Shown: positions 39,101 to 51,096, numbered from the stretch's first letter. The stretch is DNA of 64,000 nt from Phaeosaccion multiseriatum (GCA_965112735.1 OZ218951.1:1178001-1242000); one strand, 5' to 3'. Program-made: numbers and translations. The notes: generated by a model from the letters alone, not told the origin.

Positions 39101-39476
39101 ATGGGAGACTGAGCTCGTGACCCTCAGGGATCGAGACTGACAAGAGTGTGAGCAGACGATCAGCAGACCAAGCTCTCTGCTCTGGCAGTCGCTGCAGGAT
39201 CGTTTAGGCACCCTCCCTACCCCAATGCCTGGAGCAAAAGCCTCCCTCCCGTCAGGCACACCGATCCACAGCGTTTTTCATGCCTTACTTTCCCCTTCTC
39301 CTTCCTACCTGGATAGCCCACGCCGGCCGGAATTGGACGAGTGTGAGCGGGCCGGCTGCTGGGTCGCTCCAAGCAAGTCGAGGGAGAGGTATCGCTTTGG
39401 CGAGGCGAGCCTTCTTCTCCTCCCTAGTCTCACGCCGCCGGCGAAAGCCCAGCGGCAGCCAACTGCTGCGAGCCAT
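36187..39476 (-). CDS. Metaxin-like (SAM37/MTX1, GST-fold) mitochondrial outer-membrane protein, about 6 exons
   Basis: LVQFRPAWAIQ|AYLRFAGIPYR|VENS...YPQLLDG..IFDHL, NLDAHLSAAERADSK|AFSALVEEKL, AEECYAALDVRL, YFFGSRPTRLDAVVFGHV, and a C-terminal TM (NAIWLGLVGGACAIVV). Confidence 0.85.
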
Positions 39477-39629
39477 AGAAATCTCGTATGTAGGGACGGC
39501 CAACCCCCATGGAAGGGAAGGAAGAGAGGGAGAGAGGAGAGGGAAGAAACTAGCCCAACCGCAAGCAATACAGGAGGCGGAAGCGCGAAGAGAGTGAAGC
39601 GAAAACAAAACAAACGAAGTGAATAAACA

Positions 39630-40824
39630 ATGTTGCTTTTAGCAGCTCTGAGGGGCCTAGACTTGGACATTGTGTTCAAGTACCACGCCGTGCTATCCAT
39701 TGTGTTGGGGGGGGTGGCGTTCGGCCTTCCTTCCGGCTTGGCAAGCATGCTCTTCTCTGGAGAGGGCTACACACACTTCACACATGAGCTCTTGAGGATG
39801 TATGGGGCGCTTACACTCGCGCAGGGGTGGATGGTGAGTGCTTCCTTTGACGGAGAAGACGTGCCTATCTGTCTAAGTGTGTTCACGCGTCCTTCAACAG
39901 TGCCCAACTGCCCTCATATCAACCGCTCACCTGCTCACAGGTTTTCCAAGTACGGCGCTTTGGAGACGGCAGAGTGCGCCGGTGCATGGCGGAAGCGTAC
40001 TGCATCGCCTATGGGCTGCAGGTGGGGAGGCGAGAGCAAGTGAATCCCAAATAGGAGAGCTTGCTTCCTCACGATTGAGGGGCGGCTTGGGTGGGCGGGT
40101 GGCAGACTGTTGGCTTGGCGTGAAGACGAAGGAAAAGGAAGGCTTCCCTGAATGTGCTCCCCCCCTGCGCCACCTTGCTCTGCCCCATCGCGTTTGCTTT
40201 GAAAAAGGGCATCGCCCTTGCCAAGGCCCACATAGGAGACCCCCAGAGCCACACCATATTCAATGTGGTGGCCATCCTCGTGCTGCTGTCACTCAGCACC
40301 TTCTACGGTAAGCAACGATACTCATTGAATCGGAGTCTCTTGCTGGGGATGAGTACATGTCGGAGGACTAAAGCTCCTTTCTCCTCCTCCTGCCCACTCT
40401 TCGCTGCTGCTGTCTGTCGGATCGCCCCTCGTGCGTGCCCCCCCCCCCTTTGAAGGATACTGTCGATGGATTAAGACCATCAAGGTGAGCCCTCCCAACG
40501 CACCTGCTACTGCTTCTGCCCTGGAACTCATTCTCCTCACACGCACACACCACACAACGGCCCACCCACCCAGCTCCAGCTCTACCAAAGAGTCACTTGA
40601 CAATGAACATTTTCTGGAAGGGAGACGGGTGCACTTGTTTCGCTGCCTCTGCTCACGAACCATGCCTTGCCTCCTGCCTCTCTGCCCCTGCCCTTGCTTC
40701 CTGCCTCTACCGCTCCTCCTGCTTGCTTGTCCTTCCTTCGTCTCTCTCCCGGACTACTTCCCGTGCCGGTTTCTGTCCCCAGGTGTTTGAACTGCCAAAC
40801 GAGAGCGCAAAGAGCTCAGCTTGA
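39630..40824 (+). CDS. Small 4-TM membrane protein, TP53I11-like (weak), 5 exons
   Basis: Spliced frame: FKYHAVLSIVLGGVAF...ELLRMYGALTLAQGWM|VFQVRRFGDGRVRRCMAEAYCIAYGLQ|GIALAKAH..FNVVAILVLLSLSTFY|GYCRWIKTIK|VFELPNESAKSSA. Confidence 0.65.
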
Positions 40825-41893
40825 TTTACCACAGTAAAAAGCCATCCGCACCACTCACTCCTCTTTGCCGCGTTATGAAGGACGTTAAGTGCGTGCGTGC
40901 GGAACGAGTGCGGAAGGAACGAAGAGAAGAGGAAGAGCAGGGAGGCAACAGGGGGAAGACGAATATTGAATATTGCAAGAGCTTTCGCGAGGAGGAGGGG
41001 TGTGTGCAAGGAAGCAAGACGCTCGAAGGTACTCTGCTCAGCCAGGTCTGGGTGACGGAGGGGCAAGGACGAGCAGCGCCTACAACATATCAGATTCGGA
41101 ACCTCTTGACTCGTGCGTACGTGCTTGCAGCAGAGGGGGGTTGAGGTTGTTTCCGTCGCGGCATGGTCTTGTGTCGGTCGCCCAAGGGCCGCCGGTGCAT
41201 ATGGCTGAGCTAGTCTTGGGCCCTGTTACGTGCAAATTTCAGTCTGCGGCATCTTGCACAGTGTACTCCGAACCAACCAACACAAGCACACAGTGGGGGG
41301 GGAGGAGAAGGCGCATGCCTCCTTATCACCCACGAACAAGGGAAGAAGGACTGGACTGGTAAGGGCGACGAAGCGCCCGACCAGAAGTAGAAGCAGAAGC
41401 AGGAAACAGAGGCCCTCCAAGTGAATTGTCACAGCCTTCTCACCGACTTACTATTCACCGGGCGACGTGGTGCCGTGGACCCCTCATCACGGAGGGGAGG
41501 GGACGGGGGGGGATTGAGATCGGCCGCCCCTGCCTATCACCCTTCGAGCATGACTGTCTGTTCAAGTAAGGCAGTGTGGAGACAAGTGTGGAGCAAGCCT
41601 TGCTCAGGTCAGGGGCGTGCACTTTATATCCACGGGACAGGGTGCGAGAATGTCCTTGCTCAGGGCGCTTGCTCAGGACGGGGGATGCGCGCCCTTGCTA
41701 AATTGGGTCCTTGGAGCAGGCTTGGGCTTGTGAACGGCGGCAATGTGCGAGATGAAGATGATGCGTATCAGCGCAGCGGGACGGGGCAAGGAACGTCCTG
41801 GAGGCCTCGCCCACCGGGTCGTGGTTGGGCTCTACCCGGTGTTCTGTGGCGGTGGTATCGATGACAGCTCGCTTCGGTAGTTAGCGATACAGA

Positions 41894-41926
<33 letters not shown>

Positions 41927-42095
41927 GGCAGGGAGGAGGAGGAGACTGGTGACGGAAGCTCGAATGTCACATCCGCACAACAGTGCCTCTGCCTCTGTGT
42001 GCCTCGAAGCTCGAAGTTAAGCACCATGCAGCGAGGCCAAGTCGAGACGAAGGAAAGAGTACGCGCACGGCCTGCCTGACCTTGCTGGTGTGCGC

Positions 42096-42126
<31 letters not shown>

Positions 42127-42366
42127 TGTGTGTGCAAGCGTTGCGTGCAAAATGAAAGCTTCGATTTGACCAATCACCCCGCCCCTGCTTCATCTGAGAT
42201 AAGAGGCCTCCCGGCCCTGGTCAACAAACAAATGTCCACAAAATGTCTCACTGTGGGGGGGTGTTGGTTCATTTACAATTTACAGGGTAAAATCAGAGCT
42301 GAAAGTGAAAGACAGGGTCGAGCCCTCCTCCCGACTCGGAGCCAGATGAAAAAGGAACAATCAACG

Positions 42367-43509
42367 TTATTTCTTTACTTGCTGCTTCGTGCGGTTCCTG
42401 TCAGAGCTGTGCATGTGGTCCATGTAATGCTTAGCAAACGCCACCATGTGCGCGTCCCGCTGCCGCAGTTGCTCTAACGGGTCCTCGTCTCTTGTTTGCA
42501 CATACTTGTCTATGAAGTTGTAGATTTCCATGTCTCTGACCTTACTCTGCGCCTTCACTTGCTCAGCTTGCTCACGCATGCCCGACAGGCTTTGCTCCAG
42601 CTCCTTGATGCGCTTTCGCTGCTCTTCTATGGTCTGCCTCTGCTCCTTCAGCTGCGTGGCGGTGTCTCCCATCCACGCAGCCGCCGCTGCAGCACGCACA
42701 AGATCCTTCGTTTCGTCTCCACTGCTTCCTCCTCCTCCTCCTCCTCCTCCTCCTCCTCCTCCTCCTCCTCCTCCTCCTGCTCCTGCTGCGGCTGCTCTAC
42801 CCTTGCCCCCCTCCTTTGAAGCTCCTCCAGCGCCCCTCTTCCGTTTCCACCCTTGCTCTGGATACAGGAACTCCCCCTTCATGAGTAGAAAGTTGGATAC
42901 TCCCCGCGTCTCCCCCATCACCATCATCCTCTGCTGCTGTTGTTGTTGCGGTGCACCCCCATTTCTCCAGCTGCCCCCCCCACCCCCTGAGCCTGGACCC
43001 ATCTGCTGCTGTCGGCGAAGTATATCTGACTCCCTTCTGCCTCCGACCCCCCCTCCCCCACCCGAGCGGCCTGGACCGCCATGTGCCACCATTCCCCCTC
43101 CCATACTCTTAGTCTTAGCCTCCATCTGACCCGATGGCGATGCGTGAAAATCTCTGTGCTCCGCACAGTACAGGCGTTTTGCCCCGATCGCAGACCCTAT
43201 TGCGGGAAAGCTGGCCGTCTTACTGCAGCCTGCTGTAGCACACTGCCTCCTCTGTCTTTTCACCTTTGGAACCGCCAAAGGGACATGCTCAGGAGCCTTG
43301 TGCAGCGTGCAGTACAGAGGCGGATGGCTGCCCGGCAAGCCAAATCCCGCTCGCTTGTTGCATCCCATTTGGCGGCACAAAAGACTTGCGTGACTTCCCG
43401 AGAACGACTGCTGATTTGCCACAGCAGGCGGACTCTGCAGGAATGGGCGGCTGCTGCCCAACGCATCATGCGGCTGGTGCTGCTGCCCTCCTCCTTCTCC
43501 GGAATGCAT
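42367..43509 (-). CDS. Protein with two EsV-1-7 type Cys/His repeats and a C-terminal coiled coil
   Basis: CRQMGCNKRAGFG...LYCTLHK and CATAGCSKTASF...LYCAEHR fit the C-x4-C-x-K-x-A-x-F...YC-x2-H pattern. Heptad-rich QLKEQRQTIEEQRKRIKELEQSL follows. Confidence 0.75.
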   Translation of the reverse strand: MHSGEGGGQQHQPHDALGSSRPFLQSPPAVANQQSFSGSHASLLCRQMGCNKRAGFGLPGSHPPLYCTLHKAPEHVPLAVPKVKRQRRQCATAGCSKTASFPAIGSAIGAKRLYCAEHRDFHASPSGQMEAKTKSMGGGMVAHGGPGRSGGGGGVGGRRESDILRRQQQMGPGSGGGGGSWRNGGAPQQQQQQRMMVMGETRGVSNFLLMKGEFLYPEQGWKRKRGAGGASKEGGKGRAAAAGAGGGGGGGGGGGGGGGGGSSGDETKDLVRAAAAAAWMGDTATQLKEQRQTIEEQRKRIKELEQSLSGMREQAEQVKAQSKVRDMEIYNFIDKYVQTRDEDPLEQLRQRDAHMVAFAKHYMDHMHSSDRNRTKQQVKK

Positions 43510-43718
43510 GCTACACTATAGGCGTCAACAATCAAAAGGAGGATCCCCTTCTCCACTACTCCACCACCTTCCTTCCCCCTCACACCCCTCCGCCTGCTGA
43601 TACGATCAGGGATCCAGGTGGAGTAAAAGTAATTCGCAGTTGGCGACATCTGAATCACCAACAGCTCGGGCCGGTGGGACGTGACTTTTAGATAACGCGC
43701 TCAGGTAAATTAGTAGGA

Positions 43719-44015
43719 ATGTCGGACAGTGTAAGAGTTGTCGCCAGGATTCCTGCGAAGGATGATAAGATTGATGAGATGAAACAACTACTATGCGGTT
43801 TGCTGGAACCTACGCGGAAGGAGCAGGGTTGTATCACATACGAGTTACTCCAAAACACGGCCAAGCCGACCGATTTTACTATGGTCGAAGAGTGGTCGAG
43901 TGCGGAAGCACTCGCCGCTCACAACAAGAGCCCGCATCTAACCGAAGCGCTGGGAAAGTTCCAGGATGTAGTGGGCGGCGAAGTGGATGTTCAAACCTAC
44001 AAACTGATTGGCTAG
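43719..44015 (+). CDS. Antibiotic biosynthesis monooxygenase (ABM / putative quinol monooxygenase) family, bacterial type, intronless
   Basis: 98 aa: VRVVARI.AK.DK..E....L..L.EPTRKEQGCITYELLQN...PTDFTMVEEWSS.EAL.AH..SPH, the canonical ABM signature. Confidence 0.9.
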   Translation: MSDSVRVVARIPAKDDKIDEMKQLLCGLLEPTRKEQGCITYELLQNTAKPTDFTMVEEWSSAEALAAHNKSPHLTEALGKFQDVVGGEVDVQTYKLIG

Positions 44016-45041
44016 CGGCACCGCAAGGATCCCGCCCTGCCGCCTGTCACCGGAGTCAGCGAGACGCTGCTGGTAGCGGGAGACTACTTCTTTTGAGTCC
44101 TCGAATGGAGGCCGGCCAGACCGTTGGCTTGTGAGCACATGGAGTATATCCACGAGCTCGACTAGCCGCTATCCGAAGATCACCGACTCTCTCCGGGGAG
44201 CTACGATGCAAGAGGCGGGCATGTTCCAGGAAGAAAGAGCGAACTGAAGGGGAAGCGGGACAGATGAGGCTTCAGCCAAGAAGGCGGGAAGGCTGCTCAG
44301 AGAGAAGAGCATACGGTGAGGAAAGAGGGAGCAAAGTAAAGTACCCTGAGGTAGATTACATGTGAAGAATGAAGTGGAGAAAACCAAACCAGCCTCTGAG
44401 CACGGCACAGCGGCGTGTGCGCGTGTGTATTTACCCTTTCTGCTCTTCTCCAGGGCCAAACTGCCCATCCATCGACCCCTGCCGCGGCGCCAGCCGGCGT
44501 GCTATCTGCTTTACCGAGTGCCAGAGAGTATGCCCGTGCCGGATAACAACAGAGTGTGGAGGGTAGTGCGAATGTGGAGTTGTTGGGTCCACCCCTGTTC
44601 AGATGTTTTCGCCCTTCACTCGCTACCCTCCACACTCTGCTATCGAAGGTGGACAGCCTTGCCTACACTTGCAAGATGGGTATGCCCGTCCGAGGAGAAG
44701 GAGACCGCTGCACTATCAACGGCTTCATCGGCAGCAGAGAGGCGAGTTGAGCAACCCCTCTGGCTTGTGGATAAGAATGGGTGGGCCGACCGAGTGCTCA
44801 TCTGCCCAAGCCTCTTCTCCACTTGACCACCCTCCGTCGCCTCCCCTCCCTGTCGATTGAGGCGGTGCATCTGCTAAATGCCGACAAGCCCTGTACTATA
44901 GAATGATGGCGCCTCGCATAGAGCACGTTTTGTCATCGGGTTTCAACAGCTCGAGTCCCGAGGTGCCCGGAGAAGGGTCCTTCACGCGCTCGCACGCTCG
45001 TCGCAGCACCTTCCGTCCGCGCCTCTTCTTCTCATTCGCCG

Positions 45042-47387
45042 TCACCATGGTCTCCTCCAGCATCCTCTGTCTTGTCTGTCATCGTCAGCATCACACTCGA
45101 GTGAGGAGAAGGATTGTAGGCAGACACAAAAGTCTCCAGTTGTGTTCTCCACGCTATGACCGCCTTCCCCAAGGTGCGGACCGCAGAGTAGGGCAGTAAT
45201 GACGCCTTCCTCCGGCCCGCAGGCACCACCACGCCATTCGATAGCTCTGTATCCTAGCGGGAAACTGCATCTCGCCCTCCGGTCATTACGCTTCTTTCTC
45301 TCTTTCATTGCTCCTTGCTTCCACTCTTCTCTCTTTCTGTCCTTCCCGCATGTTTGCTCACTGCACACACGTGGAGCGGTCCGTCAGATACACTCTATCC
45401 ATTTGCTTCAGGGTCGGCAGCAGGTACTCCACCGCCGGACTGACCGCCTCCTCCCCCAAGAGCAGGTGCCACAGCCACTCCCACAGCAGCCCCCACCGCC
45501 GACTCTCTTCTCGGGACTCGGCCGTGGAGATGCGTGCCAAGCTCTCGAGGTACAGAGACCGGGGGTGTCGCAGGATGCGGTCTCTGCTCTTCACAGAGAG
45601 GGCGAGAGAGGAGAGGGGAGAGACGACGGGGGAAGAGAGAGGGGAGAGAGGGAAGAGAGAGGGGGGACAGAGAGAAGAGAGGAGTGAGAGAGAGAGGGAG
45701 AGCGAGGGAGCGAGAGAGAGCAAGACGGAGGGAAGGAGGCGAATATGAAGTATTGAGGGTGTGTTCGCGGAGGAATGATTCCAAGACAAGGCTGGGAAGA
45801 AGAAGTTGGAAGAGGGTCAAGGCCTAACTTAAGAGATCGTGAGATCAAGAGATGTCGGTCGAACAGGAGCCTCCTCTCCGCCCCTTCCTCGCCTCTCTCT
45901 CTGTGTCTCTCTTTCCCTCCTCCTCCCCCTCTCTCCCCCCCTCTCCTCCTTGCCTCTCACACACACGACGCACCTCGTCACGAGAAACTGCGCACAACAC
46001 CGGTCCAGCAGCTGCGGGGGAGGAGAGGGTCCCCCGAGGTGGCGCCCCAGCCATGTCCACTCGTGCTCTAACATGGTACCTGAAGTGTCCGCTACGCCTC
46101 CAGAGGCCTCGCCGAGCCGCTCCTGCACATGTCAGGGGGGGGAGGGGGGGAGGAGGAAGAGAGGGAGGGATGGCAGAGAGACAGTGAGTGAGAGGGAGAA
46201 GGAGGTGAGAGTGGTGACACGTTCCCATTCTCATCTGCCTGACTACAAAATGAAGTAAAGCACAAAAGGCATAAAAGTGAAGCACGACCAACTCATACAC
46301 CCTGTACGCACGTGTATCGTACCTGGACGATGCCATCGTTGTCTCCCCACACGTGATTGTTGATGTTGCAATACTGAGAAGGAGGAGGAGGAGGGGCGTC
46401 TTCGTCTCGTCCTTCTTCTGCTGTCGCCAAGGACGCCTCTTGCCCTCGTTTCAAGTTTGCTGCCATTCTATGCAGCAAGATGATGAGGTCTTCCTGTGGT
46501 TGACGAAGGCCAAAAGACAGGACAGACAGGCGCAAAGCAGTCAGTGCATCAAGAGAGAGAGACTGGATTGGCAGAGAGTCGCAGGCCCCCGGTAGCGTCA
46601 AGTGCAGGAGCCAGGCAAGGAAGGACAGGACGTGCCGTATGATGTGGTGGATAATTGCCTCTACTCCGTTGGGGCATCTGCGGCATGAGGAGCCACAGAG
46701 AGCTGAGCTGCACACTGCGACGAGCAAGACGGCGACACTGAGGATCGCAACTCTGTCCCTCCCTCCTTCCCTCCCTCCCTCCGTCCCTCTCTCCCAAGCT
46801 GCGCACATTGTGGTAGGAGTAGCGATGTCCATGCAGAAACAAGACCCTCTGAGGCAGCGCTCCGTAGTAGTCCGACATGAACTTGAGGAAGCCCGAAGCC
46901 TCATTGCCGATGTTGAAAGACACACGGTGCCTACCCCACGTGTCGGGGCTGGTGGAAGTAGTTGCATTGGTGGCCGTGGGCGCTGCTGTGATGTCTCCTT
47001 GTGACTGAGAAGCAGCACCACCAGCGCTAGCCGAATGACTGCTCAGGGGCTTTCGTTCGTAGACGATGACAGGGAAGGGCTGCCACTTGGTCCAGCTCAG
47101 ATCCTCTCCCCAGCGATTCACCACCAGAAGCAGCGGTAGGCTGGAGTTGTGTTTGTATGGATGGGATTGGGCAAACATATAAATAGGCATGAAAGAAGAG
47201 CTGGAGAGTAAAACAAGGTATTCTTGCATGAATGATTTTGGAGCGTATCTACTCCGTCTCCACATCTCCTACAACCGACCCACCCTTGCTTCTTGCGGCT
47301 TGCCAAGTGCAAGGCCTGCGGCCTGCCCTCTCTGACCTCCCACTTCGGCAGCCAGAAGTGACACACAAAACACGGTAGCGAACCACA

Positions 47388-47424
<37 letters not shown>

Positions 47425-48079
47425 CTCCGTACCTTTGGAGGCCTTTCTCAGGCAGCGCCGCGACATCTTCTTCGGACAGCTCCATGGGCCTGAGTCTTCT
47501 GCCGTCACTTTGCGCCGTCCTCCCCTGCTCAGCCGAGGCTACATGCTTCATACTCGGTGGCAGCCAGCCCTGGGCAACGCTCTCTGAAGCTGCATTATAC
47601 AGCCGCAAGGTGAACGCAGTCTCCGCCTCTAGGCGTTCACCCCCTCCTCTGCACACACCCCCATCGTGCATACATGTCTCCTTGCTGCTGCTGCTGCTGC
47701 TGCTACTGCTTTCCCTCTCTGCTGTTACACGAACCCTCACACGTGTCTGGTGAGAGAAGGAAAGCAGGTCCTGAGGGATGGCGAGCTCCACATGTCGAGT
47801 CTGGACGTCGACACCACCCTCGATAGGCTGCTCCTCCATTGCAAGCACATCGTCCAGCCACATGGACACGCTTACCCTTGGATACGTGGTGGGTAGCACA
47901 AGCTCATCCTCCTGCTTGTGCGCCTCCGTCTGGACGATGGCGAACCCAACAACCACAATGTCTCCATGGACTACATCCTCTGCTTTCGGGGAGACAATGA
48001 GCAGGGAAAGAGCGCTTACTCTACACAAAGCACTTAGAGCAAGCGCGAGCGTCAGTAGCAGCAGCTCATTCGTCACCAT
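45042..48079 (-). CDS. DUF3431-family secreted protein (putative glycosyltransferase-like), about 6 exons
   Basis: Signal peptide; LVVNRWGEDLSW, NIGNEASGFLKFMSDYYGALPQRVLFLHGHRYSYHN, YCNIN, CCAQFLVT|RDRILRHPRSLY and GLLWEWLWHLLLGE. Exons at about 48079-47432, 47140-46807, 46493-46323, 46122-45974, 45583-45370 and 45265-45042 (last exon tentative). Confidence 0.8.
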
Positions 48080-48353
48080 GTCGAGTCCTCTCCCCCCCCT
48101 CTCTCCTTCCCCTCTGGATACTCGCCAACTGTGATGGGGTTTTTTGATTTTTGTTTTTGGCGCGCTGGCGGCTGCTTGTTTCTTTCTTCACTAATTAATG
48201 CACTTCACTCATTTTCAATATTTTATTCAGCTCCCCGCACGAGTTAGTAGTCAGTAGTCACGCCCTGACCCCTGCTTTGAACACCCCGTCCTTTCCTCCG
48301 CACAAACAAAGGGCTTGCGTATCCGCACCACTAGCACTAGCAGAGAGGAGAGC

Positions 48354-48390
<37 letters not shown>

Positions 48391-48465
48391 CTACAGCAGG
48401 AGCGATACGAGAGGGGGGCGAATTATACTTATCAAGAAACTGAAGACAACCAAAACAACAAAACG

Positions 48466-49768
48466 ATGATGGAGGCGCGAGGACAGCGAGGGGGGGCTTT
48501 GGCTTTGACGATGATCGCGCTTGTCGCTCAGACGGTCACAGCGGGCGTCATTCCGGGGCCCACTCCCTCTCCTCTGTGCGACAGCGGCATCATTTGCCGA
48601 CCAGGCCGCTTTGCAACTGAGTACGTGTGCTGTGAGGAGGGAGAAACCTGTGACGGGAACAGCGGAACGTGCTTCGACCCCAACGCCGAGGACTGCTTGG
48701 TGGAGGCGTGCAAGACAAACTGGTGAGTTGCACGGACAAACTCACCCCCTCAGCCAGAGGAGGGCTTTGCAATTGCTCCTCGATCTGACTCTCCGTGCCC
48801 TGTTCTCGCTCGCTTACTTCAACTCTTTCTCGCAGTTGCGCCGGTGACACGTGCAACTCCAGTACCGGAGAGTGCTTTGATGCCTCGGATTCCGAGTGCG
48901 GCTCGTCGAGCTCCCACGGGGAAGGCGCGGAATGCATCAACGACGGGGACTGGTAAGTTGGCCGCAGCGGCCATCACCACCTGAAGTACGCCAGAGAGTG
49001 ACGTGCTTGGTTCCAACGGAGGCTTGGACTAGTGAAAACGGTCTGCTTCAAGGAGAGGAGGGGGGGGGTATCCCCTTCTTTTTGTTAATGTCCCCCACGT
49101 ATGTCTTGCTCTCTACTCCCTCCCTTGCTTCACTCAGCTGCGACAAGATGTATTGCTTTGGGTCCAGTCCGGAGCAAGGACGGTGCAGATACCGAGACGA
49201 GGATAAGTGCCAAAACACTAGTAGCGGAGGAGGAGGTCGTGGATGCTACTACTACACAGACTGGTGCGCTGGCGGGGGGCAGGAGCGAGCAGCTTGTACT
49301 CTCTCTCTCTCTCTGTCTCCATCTCTCTTCGTCTCTCTCTCCCCCTCTGACCCACCTCTCCCCCCCCTGCCCCCACCCACACAGTTGTGAGGGAGACCTA
49401 TGCGACACCAACGGGTTCTGCAGCCCGTACACTACTCCCAGAAATTGCGTTCGAACGGACTTCCCGCTGCCCAACTCCTCCCGCTTTGGCGGCGGCAAGT
49501 ACTCCGAGCTGGGCGGCTGTGAAGCCCTCGAGTTTTTCGATGTGTGCTCCTGCTACTCGGACTTGTGTCTCTGGAACAGCGAGACGGCGACATGCGACAC
49601 TCTCCCGGTGAGTTACATGGATGGCTATGGCACCTCACACACTCAGGAAGGAAGGAAGTAACGAACGAACGAACGAAGAGTAGGAAGGAAGGACCGAGAA
49701 AACTAACGAAACTCTCTCACCCGCGCACCCCTCAACGCCCTGCTTCTTCTGCTACCCCCCCCCCCCTG

Positions 49769-49810
<42 letters not shown>

Positions 49811-50776
49811 TTCTTGTTGCTTCCCTATGTTCCGTAGCCTGCCACGCCCCCTCCCACCCCCACCAGCAACGGAGAAGACCTCTTCCCCTGCTGCCGCGAG
49901 GAGCTGGTGGCCGGAGTCCCTCGAGCCTGCTACGTGGACGAGAGCTGCCTCGACACCCCTCCCGGCGGCAGCTTGGGTGGGCTGGGCTGCAACGCGGATG
50001 GAGTTGGAAACTGCCGCTTCTGCGGATGGGACGTCTATGCCACCAACGAGTGCCCTCAAGAGGGCACTCCTCCTTCCCCCACTCCTCCTCCACTGGCCAC
50101 CATGCCCCCGACGACCGTGCCCACCCCAGGGACACCTCCCCCTCCCACGCCTCCTTCCCCCACTCCTCCTCCACTGGCCACCATGCCCCCGACGACCGTG
50201 CCCACCCCAGGGACACCTCCCCCTCCCACGCCCCCCCCTGTGATTCCTTCGGTGGACTGTGGCAGGTTGGGGTGGGCGGGCAGCTGCGGAGCCTTCACTG
50301 ACGCTGCCTCGTGCAACTGCTGGACCTCTTCCTCCTTCGCGTGCTCGTGGTCCGGCAACAGCTGCACGGGAGGTGGCAGTAGCCCTACCCCCACCCCTCC
50401 CCCTACTCCTACTTCGCCCACGCCCCCTACCCCGCCTACACCTCCCACGCCTCCCCCTGTGGTTCCTACGGAGGTGGACTGTGGCAGGCTGGGGTGGGCG
50501 GGCAGCTGCGGAGCCTTCACCGACGCTGCCTCGTGCAACTGCTGGACGTCTTCCTCCTTCGCGTGCTCGTGGTCCGGCAACAACTGCACTGGCGGTGGTG
50601 ACAGCGGCCCAACCCCCACTCCTCCCCCCTCCTCGACCACCCCTATAGACACTGACTGCACGCGGCTGGGCTGGGTCGGATCGTGCGGGGGATACTCCTC
50701 CCAGGGCGAGTGCGAGTGCTGGGCCGCTTCGTCCTTCGCGTGCGCCTGGAGCAGCGCCGAGCGGCAGTGCCACTGA
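48466..50776 (+). CDS. Secreted Cys-rich/Pro-Thr-rich modular protein, copy A, 5 exons
   Basis: Signal peptide GALALTMIALVAQTVTA and Cys-rich exons at about 48466-48722, 48836-48952, 49138-49263, 49386-49607 and 49838-50776. Contains a GGLGCN...CRFCG module, PTPP linkers and three DC.RLGW.GSCG...C.CW..SSFAC.WS...C repeats. Confidence 0.85.
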
Positions 50777-51008
50777 GGATGTACCTACTGCTACCACCGC
50801 GGAGCAAGGCAGGCAATTGTAACGCCGTTCCGTACCACGCGAGGGAGTATATTCGGTCGATGAGACAATGACAGGGATAAACTTGCACACTATTCGTTCG
50901 TGTGGGTAGAAGAATGATTCGGCCTGTGGCCGTTGTTCAAGCATGTGTTTCAAATCCTTTAGGTTTGCGCATACGATAAAAATAAAATGTCTGAGGGCCT
51001 GCACATGG

Positions 51009-51096
51009 TCGGCTCCAGGCACGCCTAGCGGGGTTGGTTCTAGGCCGTAGGCCGCTCACTTCCCAGCCCCAGACCGCTTGTAGGCAGCCGCTAGGA
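51009..51096 (-). mobile_element. Degenerate terminal relic of the element-1 family (paralogous relic at 55021-55107)
   Basis: TCGGCTCCAGGCACGCCTAGCGG resembles the element-1 TIR. TAGGCCGCTCACTT..CAGCCC...TAGGCAGCC matches the reverse complement of the element-1 right subterminal region (about 51790-51845). Confidence 0.65.

Noticed and set aside
40830-42360. Possible additional gene between the TP53I11-like and EsV-1-7 genes
   Set aside because: Only short ORFs without recognisable motifs or a consistent splice pattern. It is likely convergent 3' UTR or intergenic DNA, though a small gene cannot be excluded.
43709-43721. Shine-Dalgarno-like TAGGA before the ABM ATG
   Set aside because: It abuts the start codon with no proper spacing and is probably chance.
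49703-51022. 439-aa minus-strand ORF (and its paralog at 53780-54901)
   Set aside because: It is the antisense shadow of the GC-rich Cys/Pro-rich exon.
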